Origin: Bispira polyomma
Lineage: Eukaryota
Assembly: GCA_965649765.1 (NCBI GenBank)
Contig: OZ287750.1
Location: forward strand, 43,834,001-43,898,000
Direction of reading: 5' to 3'
Length of the DNA: 64,000 nt
Under the pieces are notes generated by a model, which had not been told where the DNA came from, ran no database searches, and saw nothing but the letters and a program-made list of their open reading frames with translations. The position numbers and the translations under genes are program-made. Positions 27,136 through 40,667 of the stretch are shown here, one piece after another (positions within the stretch are counted from its first letter, which is position 1; the number at the start of each line of letters is the position of its first letter).

Positions 27136-27708
27136 GGGACCGCCCTATGCATTCAACTTTTATGCATTATGTTTTGTTTTCAGTGAAATTCCCTCATGTG
27201 TATACCTCTTTGGAATCTGTTTTATTTGTGACCAAACAATGAAATTGATGGCAACAAGCGCCAGTATTCTTGTTTGTGATTGATTGAATAGTGTTTATAA
27301 AAAAAGTTAGTGTTGATCAATACCATATATTGCTACCAATTTGTGCTACTGAAATGCCATGCAATATGAATGCGGTGACTTGTTTTTGCTTTAAAGAAAA
27401 GGCTCCTTGTGCCACTAAAATATAATATATCTAATGATATAATCTGTTTTAATGATTACAAAGATTACAAAACAACTGAATGGATTTTTATTCAATTAAA
27501 GCTTTCACAAATGTAAGTTTTGTACCATTTGGATTAGAAACCACTTGTTAATTGGATTCGAAACCAAATGACATATTTCAACCGAATTAACATTTTCCAT
27601 GATCTGGACACTTAATCAGTGTTCTAGCATATTTGAACGATTTACAAGACCGGTTTATACTATTTTTTAACATTGCCTTATTTTGTGTGGATCCGTTGAG
27701 ACGGTCCC
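27136..27708. mobile_element. PIF/Harbinger (or ISL2EU)-like MITE
   Basis: Termini GGGACCGCC / GACGGTCCC; TAA at 27133-27135 and 27709-27711. Confidence 0.7.
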
Positions 27709-30432
27709 TAAGATGTAGTCCTAATAAGCGCCCTGGGAATGATAATATCTAGCAGGGCGCAAACTCATCATCATTTGTCAAAACCTGGAAATAAAAGAGG
27801 TTTCTCCATAATGACCAGGTCATGTGTTTAAGAAGATGGCAAGTTTTACTACTGCAAGCCTTCGATTGTCTTCTGCTATTTTGGCATTCCGGGAATTATT
27901 AAAAGGAGAGCACTTGTTTCTGTCTGAAACATCTAAAAGAAGGCAGCAATTCTGTCAATAATGGATCTTGTGTAAGCAGAATTACAAAGGAATAGTGTTG
28001 TAGAATAGTGCTTATATGATATATCTTTAAAATGTAAGACATATTATTCTAATATTATTGCGATTATTTTCTTTTAAACTTTTGAAGACTTGAAAGACTT
28101 CTGATGAACGATTTATGACAGACACTGAACAAATCTTTCAAAATTTAGTTTTTTACAAAATAATTAAATAAATATAATTGGAGCTTTAATGGAAATTGAA
28201 GCATGTTACACTTTAAAATGTAAGAAATAAATTTTGAAAAAAATAAATAAAATTATAACTCATTTGATAATGCATAATTATAAGATTGTCGTTGCAATTT
28301 AACATGCAATACACCAGGATTGGTTGATAAAATACAAGTAATACCATAATACTTAAATATGATTATGAAAAAATGATCATGAGAACAAACAACCAAGCTT
28401 CACCATCTTTAATTATTTGAAGAAATAAATGCACCTTTTAGTTACACTTGTACTATACATAAAGATTCGCGAACTTTTATCCACTTAAGCTAATTGGGAT
28501 ACTTGCATAAAATTGGCTATTGTTGTCTACCTTGCTAATGAACATACACCAGCATTAGTTGATAGTTAATAGAAATAGTGTAAAAATTACAAGTATTAGT
28601 AAGTTTTTAAGATTTATAAATAAGGGATCCAGAATTTGTTTTTGTATTTTGGTGCCTTGGCAGAGATATGCACTACACATAGAGTCCTTATAGTTCAGCC
28701 ATTAATTTTGGTTATTCTATAAATTGTGTTTGGGATCTAGGTAACATTTCACCTTGGCGGAGGTGTGTACTCTACTGAGTGCCCTCTATAGTTTAGCTAT
28801 TCATTTTTCACATCTGGTAAGTGCAGTAGATATTTTTCTTCCGCCTGTTAGACAAGCTTTCATGAAAATTTGATGTGGTGTTAAAAAAAAGCACAAGACA
28901 AATTATTCTACACTGAACAGTGGGGTTAGGTAATTGAAAGCAGAAATTATTCAACAGTTTAAAGGCCAGATTGACTTTTTTCCATATTCGACTAAATGAT
29001 GTAATATCTTGTCTTAAACACAATTGATATACAGGTAAATCGCTATATGATTGTCTCATACTAAAAAGCTAAAAAATATACATTAAGTGTCATTTACATG
29101 TATATGGTTTTCTAATTATTATTTATATTGTATTAAAATTAGAAACAGTTTGCTGTCATTATTGCATTTGGCCACATTTATAGTCCATTAAGAAGGTGTA
29201 TTTAGAATTGATCCAATATGTATACAATACCATTTACTATTGAAGAGTGTAATAGTCACTGCCGAATGCATAGTCAGTCAATGATAGCAGTCTAAAAGAT
29301 TATACTGTATCTAAATGGCAACTTGCTAGGGGGCTTTTGAGTATGAGCCTGTTATATGCAAGCCCCTAGCTTTTGAGTATAAGTCTGTTATATGCATTAG
29401 TATATGTTTAGTAAGGAAAAAGTTTGAGTCAAAAAAGATTCTAGAGATTTAGCACAAACTATGTGGGGTACAGCAAGTTGGCCAGAATATAAACAGGATG
29501 ATTGAAGAACGATGTTATGTAAGAGTAATTTAATTGATAGTACATGTATTAAAATCATTTAGGTGTGCAATAGTACGTTTAATTATAATTAATATTCAGT
29601 GGTTTATTATGTTCTGTTGAAAGTTCAAAAAAAAAAAAAAGATGAAGACCTAGAATACTTGAAAACGTTGAACCAGCTTACCAAGCTTAAGGTTATTTAA
29701 AAAGCATGATGGTAGCTGTATAACAACAAATCATTTATCAGTACCATCTAAGCAGATATTGGCAATATCATATATCTTAACCCTATGGTGACGTTTTATC
29801 CTTGGTGGGAAAATCCTATTTTAGGCTTGTCTTAAACTCAAAACTATATCCAGTACAATAGTAATGTGTCATCTTTTCAATTTGTTAAACTTTTATACAA
29901 CAAATAAAATTGTATTATTGCTCAGAAGTCTATTTTTAAAACATTGTGTCCTGAGAACCAAATTGTAGATTTGTTTGTTTTTGGCCCATTTAATCTACTT
30001 CATGCAATGATGCCAAAACCAATCAAATTTATTATCGGTCCCACACCAAACACCACTGTGTCATTTTTTCTCAATGGCAGCTTTTTGTCCAAGACGTCAA
30101 TATCAGAGTTTCTGTGACAGAAGACATCCATTGCAGCTATTGGTAGCCTTTCTTATACCTCATATTGGTTTTATTGAGATTCAGTTTAATTTTAGTTTAA
30201 TGTTTTTTCAATATGTCGTGTGTAATACCATGGCGCAGGGTAGTTGGTCAAGGTTTTTCTGCTCTGCCAACCACTGGCCATCAACACGTATATTGCCAAT
30301 CTTTACATGGAACAACTCAGTGAAAACATTTTTGGATCGACAAATGAATTAATTAATGGATTCTTCAGTCGCCCAATGACTGATTCTCCCACCACATTGC
30401 ATGTGAATCAGTTCAGTAGTCTGTATTTAGTC

Positions 30433-30709
30433 CCAGGGTTATATTCACCAAAGGCCTTAGTCTTAACTTAGTTTTAATCTTAAGATTTAATGATTGATTT
30501 TTTTTCGCTGAAAAGGTAAATATTTTGGTCTTAGTCCCAGTGACAGTAAGAAAGGATCTTTTGCTTAAGCGTTAACTTTGCACTTAACACTAGTAGACAG
30601 TCTCAAATATTTTAGACATAAATGTTAAGCTTAAGACTAAGTTAAGACTAAGTTAAGACTAAATTAAGACTAAGTTAAGACTAAGAGCTTTTACAAATAC
30701 GAGCTCTGG
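30433..30709. mobile_element. MITE with internal 11-bp tandem array (TTAAGACTAAG x5 at ~30631-30685)
   Basis: Termini CCAGGGTTATATTCAC / AAATACGAGCTCTGG are imperfect inverted repeats; the left arm carries CTTAGTCTTAACTTAG, the reverse complement of the array unit. Confidence 0.6.
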
Positions 30710-31899
30710 TGACAAACTAACAGGCCATTAAACCAACGAACACGAGTTATAACATAACCTCATTGGTGGATGTCACTAAATGTGTAAGAAAATACATAAA
30801 CTAACACACAATTAAACCAACTAACTAACATAGGTCATCACATAGACCTCCTTATGTACACAGTTTAGAAGCTGTATTAGGCCCTATGATTTTTACTTTT
30901 GCTAATTATGAGCCTACAGTAAGGCTGACAGCCTTAAAACACAGTGTCCTGTCCAGAAAACAAGAGATAACAAGGGGAGACAGATGGAACTACTATCAGT
31001 GGACCTACAATAAGAAATTCACTACTGGATTTGTCATTTATGTGTAGTGTGTAGCAATGTGTCTTAAAGTGGGGGTCCCTAACCACTCAAGCAGTAGAAG
31101 TCTGCATGAATGAACATTTTAAATATAAGATTTTTTTTACTCACTGCTGAATAATAATTAGGAAAATATTCTGCTTTTAATGTACATTAGAAAATTGTTT
31201 GAGGTAGTGGTTAAAAAATGTTTAAGGTGTGCATTTTCACTGATAAAAAAATAATAATGATAAATACTAATACTCCTATACACATCCAGGAGACGATTTC
31301 ACTAATTTACAGTTTTGGGGAAGGGCACTGGAATTAAGTATCATTATTGACTTGTTTTAGTTATAATATCAATAAAAGCTCAAAATATCTGTAGTCTCAG
31401 AAGTTTGGTACTTATAATTGTTTTTACAAATATTTTTAATACTCAGAATCAGTACCTTTATATACAAATTTAAAGAATGGTGTCAATTGATCTTTGTGAT
31501 ATTATCATGCAATAGATCTAGCTACAACTGTATATATCTTTTAAAAAGAATAAAAAAAAACACATTTCAACATGTCTCTAGCAATCCTACTCATCACATT
31601 TGCTTCATTTTTGAACTTGTCTACATAGACTAGTCTAAACATCACATTATCCTCTGTTCCTGATACTTGAACTGTAGTCATCATAATAAATTACTTCCCC
31701 TTTATGTAACTGCATGTATTTATCTGGATGTTATGTTTTATATTTTCTTTTGTCAAGTCCAGCTATACAACAGCTACCACTATGCACATAATTGTTGCAC
31801 ATAAACACAGAGAATCCAGGTGTGAGGCTGCAGAAATGCAAGGGAATAAGAAAATGAAGCTACATACACGATAATTGTCATTGTTGTAAATGTAAATTA

Positions 31900-32150
31900 G
31901 TGAAAATTCCCAATTATATAGCACCTTCTTTTGGTAAGTTTAAACCCCTAGCCTGGGTTCTTCTAAATGTCAATCAATTGTTCACTCTCAGCCATGCTGC
32001 CACATACAGTGCAAAGACTTACTCCCATTAGCAGCCAGGTACGCTGTACGTATGTTGTGGGGAGTATCTTGTTCATGGGTACAATCTTCAGGCCTACAGA
32101 GAGGATTGAACCTGGAACCCCCTGATTCAAAGTCAAACACTCTACCCGGC
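31900..32150 (-). mobile_element. SINE family B, diverged
   Basis: Reverse complement shows AGAGTGTTTGACTTTGAATCAG..CCAGGTTCAATCCTCTCTGTAGGCCTGAAGATTGTACCC, as at 25805-25882. Confidence 0.7.
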
Positions 32151-33566
32151 TGTACTTGTGCAGTTCAGAAACAGCAAATCAGTACAGTACTTTGAGTCTT
32201 ACAATGCAGAGAGACTGTGTTTTTGGGTATCAAAATAGAATACACCACAATAGATCACAGCCGACAACAATTTTTAGATGAGTTTGGGTTAACTGTTGTT
32301 TTCATCATGCTTGAGTCATATTAGGAAGGATAAATCATTTGTGGAGAAAATCAAAACAGAGTGTTTGGTGAATGTGTTCTTCACTGGCCTTCAGCAAGTC
32401 TACTACCAACTTTCCCACATACATACCAGGGCAGAGATTTAAACCAGACAATGAAGGCTGTCGAAAACAGATAATGCCAAAAAGCAAAGAAAAAATACAG
32501 TTGTAACCATTTTTGGCTGTTGTTGTTGATTCTAACTCACTTGTCCTTTGATACTCTGAACCATTAGTATATATCCTTACCTATGCTGAACCATTACATA
32601 CTAGTCCACTAGTTGGATGATACAAGATGGACAGGATCCAAGGTAACTAGTTTCTTACGATAGTGAAAGAGACAGTTTGAGAATTTAGTTTACACCTTAT
32701 TAATTTATATACAGGACTGACAGATATTTTAAATATAAAGTGTTAACACAAAGTTACACACACAGACATATTATTTATTAGCTTATCAAAGTCATACCCT
32801 AAGTTGTGGTTAAGATAGGTGGTGGCTTTTATAATAAAATGTTTGTTCATCCTTTGTGTTGGAAGCTTAAATTATTAATGCAATCTGGAGTCCAGCAGGT
32901 AAAAAGCTTGAGGTGAAAAGGGGATTTAATAGCCATATATAGCCAAAAACTGTTTAAACATAGACATTTATTGGAAAAAATATATTGAACTAGCAATCCC
33001 CTGACGAGGTCTTGCTAAATGAGCACAGGCTTCAGCTAGCAAACAGTATCCTGTATTACAGAGAGGTGATCAAACATCCACTCACCACCTCGTTCTTTAA
33101 CTCCCTCCACACACACACACACACACACACACCCTCTCCCCATCTACACTGTAAGATATGCTAGCCCTATATGACCACTTTATTACTGTGGCCATCATCT
33201 GTAGCACCAGATTAGTCTAGAACTAGCCAGCAGTCCATCTTCTTCCGGCTAATCACCTTTTCTGGTTCGTGTCAAAAATCACTGCTTCATCACGGAACAC
33301 CCCAGGTGCTTCAGCCAAAGTGTGGGGGAGAGAGGGGGGAGGGATGTCTTCAAGGATGCTGGTATGTGGTCTACAGATCTTATTAAGCTAGGCTCAAGTT
33401 TTAGTCGTGTAATAGGCTCTCCAAAATGGGTGAAAATGGCTATTTAAGCAGGATCTGACCACAGCCTCTTTTTATATTTTAAAGGTCAATGTTTTCAAGT
33501 GAATGTATATAAGGAAGCAGGTGTTGTCTGACATTATATCATTCCTTAAGATTCAACTTTAATAAT

Positions 33567-33782
33567 GGGGCCACGGTGGCCTAGTGGTTAGCAAGCATTG
33601 TGCTCCACAATCACTGGTCTCTAACCTCTGGAATCGGCTTGCGTGGGTTCGACTTCTGTTGATGTCTATGTGGGAAAAGTGGTAGTTCTTTACTGTGGGC
33701 CGCTGGTTTGAGTGCAGAATCTTGATCAACTGTATGCAGTGCTTCTTCCAGCGTTTTCAACTACCCATCCCAATATAACTCT
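33567..33782 (+). mobile_element. tRNA-derived SINE family A (3' end missing)
   Basis: GGGGCCACGGTGGCCTAGTGGTTAGCAAGCATTG...GGTTCGAC, colinear with 36284-36490. Confidence 0.85.
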
Positions 33783-35189
33783 TGTGACTATGCAAAGACA
33801 TTGTACTGAGTGTATTAACCTGAATGGGGTACAACTCCCTATGAACAGTTATTTTTCAATCAATTGGCAAACGAAAGACAACTTTTATTTTCTTGACATC
33901 TGTAAATCTGTCTACTTGTGACTTTGGATTTCTCGCCCATCACATTCTTTGCTTGGTAATTCCTTAAATAAACTTTTTTGGTGGAAGCAACAATAGCTTG
34001 AAAAAAGGACAATAGATGTGTTTATACAAATACATATCAAAATAATTAACATCTTCCACACTTTTGAAATTAACATTTTTATGTCTGAATCCTATTCTAT
34101 TTTGACCAGTGTAAATAAAAAAAAAAATCAATTAAATAATAGAGCTTTAATTTAACACTGAATTCAAAAATGCAGTCAGATTTTACTCTGACCAGAGAGA
34201 TGTTGACCTCAGATATTTGAGCCTAAGTCTGAATTGAGTTTAAAAATGTGGTGTGAAATTTCAAATTTAGGAATTAACTATAGCTTTTGTAGCTTGCGAA
34301 ATTAAATAGTGAAATTAATTCACAAAGACCAGTGAATATTAGAAAGCAGGGTTTTTTTGTGTATATTTTTCTTGCCTGACGAAAAAACCTAGGATCTACC
34401 AAATTCCCACAATGTACGTAACCCTTTTTCAGGCAATCCATATATGGTTCTGTTGTGCACCACAAAATAACAGTCCGGCTAAGACCCCGCCCACACAATA
34501 ATATGGTTGCCTTGTCCAGGGAAGGTTTTTTGTTTGATCTGTCAATCAAATTACCCGTCACTTTGCTGGGGGTTAAAACACTCTAAATCTTGAAATGAAA
34601 GAGTTAATCTCAATTTGCCAGAGTTTCCACTCCCCCAAATCTCTATAAACACGGATTAGCATTCCCATCCACAGGAACACACAGTGGAGCTGTGTTAAAA
34701 AACAATCAAGTCATATTTCTTGTCAGTAGCTACTAGCTTTTTCAGAGCTCACTCTCCGTCCATGGAGATTTTGGTAGCACTCTGTACACAAGCCATGTAT
34801 CTACACACAAAAAAAAACTTATACAGAAGAAGCCCAATAATTGTGTCACTTTTGATTTTAACTCTAATGAATCATCAGCATTAACATAAAATAAAACTAC
34901 TTTTTTTCACATTTTGCATGGCCAAATAATGTTATGGTCTTATTTTACTAGTATTTATCATTTATCATTGAACTGAACATGATATTAAAAACACCAGATT
35001 CAAGTATGACAAATAGAGTTTCAGTATTCATTCAGTCTAAATATTTGATGCGAGTCTTCTAAAAACAATGTTTTTTTTTTGTCCTCAAATCATCACTGAG
35101 CTTTAGGGGCTAAAGTTGCACAAAAAGGTTTTTCTTTTTCCCCAATTTTTATACTAGGACAATAAATCTTAGCCCAGATATGTGTTAGA

Positions 35190-35385
35190 ACCGTGGTGGG
35201 CTAGTGGTCAGAAAGGTTTGCTCCACAATCACTGGCCTCTCTTCGATATAGGCTAGAATCCTGTTGGTTCCTTCGGGAAAGTTTGTAAGGTACTTTTTGT
35301 GGGGTGGTAGTTAGTATTGGTTTCTTTTACAGTTAAATCTGGCTGTCGTGATATCACCTAAGCTGTAATAAGCGATGTCAGTCAC
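35190..35385 (+). mobile_element. Diverged SINE, family A-related
   Basis: CCGTGGTGGGCTAGTGGTCAG...CCACAATCACTGGCCTCTC...GAATCC head and GCTGTCGTGATAT..CCTAAGCTGT tail. Confidence 0.6.
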
Positions 35386-35411
35386 AAATTTATGGGTGAA
35401 GAGAACATTAA

Positions 35412-35742
35412 GCCTTGGCTTCCGTTTAGCAGATTTATTAACATTAGAGCTGATCCAACATCAGTTGATGTAGCACTTCCTTTCATCCGATATGTACTAA
35501 ATATTTTAATATGAATTTCTTTTTTCTTTGTTTTTATTCAAAAATCGGATAGACCTCCCGATTTATTTTACTCCCTGGTCGATAAAATATGTTGGCCCAA
35601 CAAACGTCTCCCGAAGTCTAATCTGATCTGCTGCAAATATGATGAAAGGAAGCAGTTGGTTATATTCTGTACTGACCAAAAAAAATCTGCCATTGTCGTC
35701 CGACGTTCGCCGACAAAAAACAAGCTGAAAGGAAGCCGAGGC
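35412..35742. mobile_element. Internally deleted, inverted copy of the 6708-7408 MITE family
   Basis: TIRs GCCTTGGCTTCC / GGAAGCCGAGGC; TAA on both sides; interior is reverse-complement similar to 6720-6960. Confidence 0.8.
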
Positions 35743-36283
35743 TAACAGTCTTCTAGCCTATACACATAGCCTCTTACACAGCTACCATCATGAGATGTGT
35801 TAGTTATTCCATAAAGATTTCCCCATGGTCAATAACAAGACACCACCTGCATAAAGCTGCCCACATACATCAGAGTTGATATCAGTCATCGCTTGGCTAA
35901 ATAAAGGTCCATATACATCAACCGATGTCTGGAGCAATCAATCTTAGTTGATAGTTTCATATTTGTGTTTACAGACTGGCAAAGTTTAAGAGCAGATAAG
36001 ATTGACAAATTAATATATTGTATCTGATGCTATTTTCCCTAATTAGCAATAGCCAATTTCAACCCATGGTCTGGTTGTTAGGTAGAGAAGGTCTGTTGAA
36101 TAAAGAGTCATTGGTTCCACTCCTGATAAGACCCCATTGGTCACTGGTTGCAAAATCCGAACACACCCACGTTTATTATTGATGGCAACCAATACTATCT
36201 CCTTTCAGAAGTAGTAACTCAGATGATAGTATTCTTTCTATCTGATCAGGTACAACTACCCCATAATGACTAGTGGTGAAGGA

Positions 36284-36537
36284 GGGGCCGCGGTGGCCTA
36301 GTGGTTAGCAAGCATTGCGCTTCACAATCACTGGTCTCTCACCTCTGGGCGGCGTAAGTTCGAATCCTGTCGATGCCTATGTGGGCAAGGTGGTAGTTCC
36401 TTACTGTGGGCCGCTAGTTTCAGTGCAGAACCTTAATCAACTGTTGCAGTGTTTCCTCCAGCGTTTACATCTACCCGTCCCAATACAGCCTAAACAGGTA
36501 CTAGAGTGGATGTTAAATATCCCAATTCAAATTCAAA
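36284..36537 (+). mobile_element. Full-length tRNA-derived SINE family A with perfect TSD
   Basis: A box GGTGGCCTAGTGGTTAG, B box GTTCGAATCC, (AATTCA)n tail; 13-bp TSD TAGTGGTGAAGGA at 36271-36283 and 36538-36550. Confidence 0.93.
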
Positions 36538-37587
36538 TAGTGGTGAAGGACTTATTGCTCAGTGTGGAGAGTTTTGATATGGTGTCTAATGTCAAGGTTT
36601 GTGTGAAATGGGTTATCTGGGAAGTTTTGCTTCTTTTGTGTTCAATAATTTATGGATGAAAACATCGCATATTGCTGTATTTGAACACCGTTACATATAT
36701 ACAGTGGAATATACAATCAAGCCTTTATCCAAAAATTCTGCCTTCTTTGTAAATAGACTATTTAAAAATACGGCTTACTAGTTTACACATGGTCACCCAG
36801 AATAAATTGTTTCTGTTGTAAATGACCTAAATGCCATTCCATCCTATCAAAATAGATTCAATTAGGTCAACAGGCAAACTAAACAGGGTCATTACGTGCT
36901 TATTAGTGTATCCTTTTGTCCATTACCTTAATAGTAACTTTAATGACACACAGGAGAAGGTTTACTTCCATTATTACAAATCATTGATTGCCTATAAAAT
37001 ACAGAGAAAAGCTACATTTTACTTACATGACAGAAATTATTCTGTATAATTATATTCTATACAATGACATCATTCTTGTAATATTATATGTTGTTAAATG
37101 TAATATAGAAGAGATAAAATAACTGTTTGTTCTGGCATTCGTTCATTGCTGTTAATAATGCACAAAATTTTCATGATATGTTAATTAAATGTCTGTTGTT
37201 CCACTAAAGGATTATTTAGACATATAAACTGAAACCAGAATAAAACATATGACACTTATTTGTCGATGACAACAAGTGACACAAGTGGAATACTGCAAAG
37301 GACAGACAACACTGGTACTTATTGGTGACAACCTTTTTTGTACCTGTGCACAAAGATAATGAAGTAAGTAAGTATCCAGAACGGATTTCTGCCAGGTAAG
37401 GCAATGAAACAACTCAGAGCAAGCAAAAAACAAACAACCTGAAAATATCAGTGAATTTCTGCCAGTAGCTAACATGTCCTTAAATAGTACTTACTTCAAG
37501 CAATGACATTGTGTGTAATTAAGGACATAAAGGAATACTGAAATTTATTAGGGGCTGTACTAGTCATTCTCTCAACATGCAGATAAA

Positions 37588-37835
37588 ACTCTACCAAAGA
37601 GGTAATGTTTTCATCTTTGTCCATTGGTCGGTTTGTTTGTTCGTCATCCAGATCACACAAAAACTACTGAAACAATGTCCATGAAATTGTGGTGGAGCAA
37701 TGGATCAAGTGACAAAAAATAATCCATTGAAAATTTGGATACGGGTATGAGGACAAAGTCAGGAATTTTGTTTCCCATTTTTTTACAACTGTGGTCCCTT
37801 GGTAGAGGTATGCGCTCCACTAGGTGCCCTTCTAC
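37588..37835 (+). mobile_element. Helentron/HINE-like non-autonomous repeat
   Basis: Subterminal inverted repeat CTCTACCAA / TTGGTAGAG, internal GTTT microsatellite, 3' GGTATGCGCTCCACTAGGTGCCCTTCTA. Related pieces at ~11330-11500, ~16660-16810, ~18255-18500, ~25590-26165 and ~28620-28790. Confidence 0.6.
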
Positions 37836-40247
37836 TTATTCAAATGGCATTTATGTCATAAACTTAATGGCTGACGGTAATTTGTTAAAACCTAGGTTCT
37901 TAAAAATTAAGAAGCCAATCCCGGTGGGATGACTTGGACTTTCTTATAGTTGGCATTTAAGGAGCTATTGTCAGCTTAGTCAGGAATCACTAAACCAATG
38001 TTCAGACTTGACCACTCCCTCACTGGGATCTACAGGGACAGTCCATCTACCTGCGTCCAAAATGTCAGTCTATAACAAATGTTTTTTTCAAACTTAAATT
38101 GCTATAAACATTAAAGGACAGTTGAATTTATACCAAAAATTATACCAAATAATGAAACAAAATGATATGTCAATATTTAGTTGAAAATGACTCCTAATAT
38201 AAATCTACTCATGGAGGAGATGTAAAAAAAAGTTAATTTATTAAATTTAACTGAAACGAGACTTCTGTAAGTAAATAGATAAGTAAGTTTGAGTTTAATC
38301 GACAATTTTACCACAATTTCACCCTTTTTTCTCCCTGTCTGAAGATTAAACATGTCTCTGGTGTGTCTACATAAGTAAGCTTTTCCCTTTTAAAGCTTCA
38401 GGGTTTATTGTCTAGGAAAGTATTGTATAATGAATAGATTCTGATGGAGACGATATTAGCTCATTTTCTTATGCAGTAAAAAAAATCGGTTTTAGGGAAA
38501 GTATTAACTCGAATAAATGTATTACGTTTTATAAATTACCAAATAATAAAAAATGTACTTATTCATATGAATTCATTAGAAATTATAAATTAACTTAGTT
38601 CCAGTCAGTGCAATGACAGTTATTGGTGCTTGTTGGCTGTACTAAGAAAGTAGAGGTAGATCTATGCACTGAGTATCAATTTAAATAGGATTATGAAGAG
38701 CAGGCTTTGGTTTGGTGAAACAGAACAGGAGGCAAAATATAGGTGTTGTTTGTTTCTGGTAAAATCAAGTTTTGAAAATACTGCTACTGTGTTGGGTGTC
38801 ATGGTTGGTTGATTGTGTTATTCACTCTGGGGTGTTTTTGGCTGTTTACTTTACCTTTAAGTACCCTAATATAGCAGCATGGTAGTTTAAGAGGTCCTCA
38901 TTTCTGGATAAGTATGTACTGTGACATCCATAGTGTATATATATCACGACAGTGTGTAGGTTGCCTAGAATATGTAATTAATGATTTGCAATTAATGCTA
39001 TACATGAGCATGCCAGCGTTCAAAGGCCATTCAATGGTCTTCTCATTATATATTTTTGTGCTAATATCACACCTGAGAAAAAAATAGGTCTCAATTATGT
39101 ACCACATTTCTTGTTAATGATCTATTGACGTCATTGCATCCAACGAGTCCTGTGAATTGTCTGCTTATTTTACCTGTAAAGGTGTATGTGTATATATAAA
39201 TTTAGCAGCAAAACAAGGGAAAACCAAAAAAAAATGGCAACACACACATAACAATACCAGATAATCAATTAGCACTTGAACAAATAAATAACCACCCACT
39301 TTGAGGCTACAAAAGTTAAAGGAATGGGGGATAAAAGCAGGAACCCTTCCCTCTTCAACAGTGTAATATATAGAACTTTCCAGCCATACTTATTTCAACA
39401 TATCCTGGGAGAGCCATCTATACCCTAATTACCCTGCCCTCCTCCCCCCCTGGCGAGTGTTGTAGTGCTACTTGGGGTGAGTCCATTTAGGTTGATGGGG
39501 GGTATTTTTTCTTACCTATTCTCTCTCCCACCAGCATACCTTGACAATATACTCTGAGAAGCAGTGTTATTTGAGTTCATTAAGCTCTGTCCCTTCTTTT
39601 TCCTTCCTCCCTGTGGAAGGTTTTATACTGTCTGGCTTTAAAGCCGGGGACTCTGTAAATGCTCATGTTTAATTTAGATCGAGTTAACAGAAGTGGGGCT
39701 TTAACTCTGGTTTCCCTGGGTAGTTGAGTTTTTTTTCACATGGTATCCTAGGATGCCATGGGACTCTAAAAAAAGAAAGACCAAAAAGAGTGCACTGGCT
39801 TTTTTGGTGTGTCCTTTTAAAATATGAAAGGTTGATCAACCAATCCCCATTTTAGGTGAAAGAACTTCATAAAAAGGGGAAGATACAACACATTGGTTTA
39901 CTAAAAATGTTAAATTAGGTTGACTTAAGTCCTAACAATTCTGTATTAGTAATTTGATATGGAATCATTTCTTAAAATTAAGTTATCATTATTTGTATTG
40001 TAAATTGTCTCTATTTTTTTATTATTTTTCTATTGTCATTAATGTCAGGATATTTATTAATATTATTGTGTTACTGAAAATAATAATATTACCTAGATGT
40101 AAATCCCTTCTTTAGTAAAAGGAAAAAGAAAAAAGACTGCGGTTACACCAGTAGTTAAACTAGACTGAAACTATGAAAATTAAGAGAATATGTCTCCTGC
40201 CCAATTCACGTGTAATAGGTTTATAAATATATATATTTTATTACTTA

Positions 40248-40667
40248 TGGCGCAGTCACACGTCACTACACATGCATCGTAAGCAATCGTCTATTGTTCC
40301 GGTTGAATGCGGGAGCCAATATCTTAAAGTGAAAATTTGTGTTATACAGGTATTATAAAGTCATTGGCTTTATTAAGGGCTGTTCAATAACATTCAGTAA
40401 ATTCAATAATTTTCATTAACGGTAGTTTGTTACGTTTTACAACAAATTCGAAACATACAGCTACCTTGTAGTAGGAATACACAAGTTCATTATACGTTTT
40501 GTGACGTTTTATGACAAATCTAACACAGATAAAAAATTATCAGAAACAGCTACATTATTAATACCTACTACTGGGTAAAGCTATGTACCGACATTGGCAC
40601 TGGCATTGAAAGTAATTTCTGTGAAATTTCAATACTTTCAAAACAGCAGAGACGTGTAACTGGGCTA
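40248..40667. mobile_element. PIF/Harbinger-like MITE
   Basis: TIRs TGGCGCAGTCACACGTC / GACGTGTAACTGGGCTA (14/17); TTA at 40245-40247 and 40668-40670. Confidence 0.75.

Noticed and set aside
36284-36370. tRNA genes at SINE heads (also 3338, 19230-19306, 25790, 33567)
   Set aside because: A/B boxes continue into a shared non-tRNA body with simple-repeat tails and TSDs, so these are SINEs.
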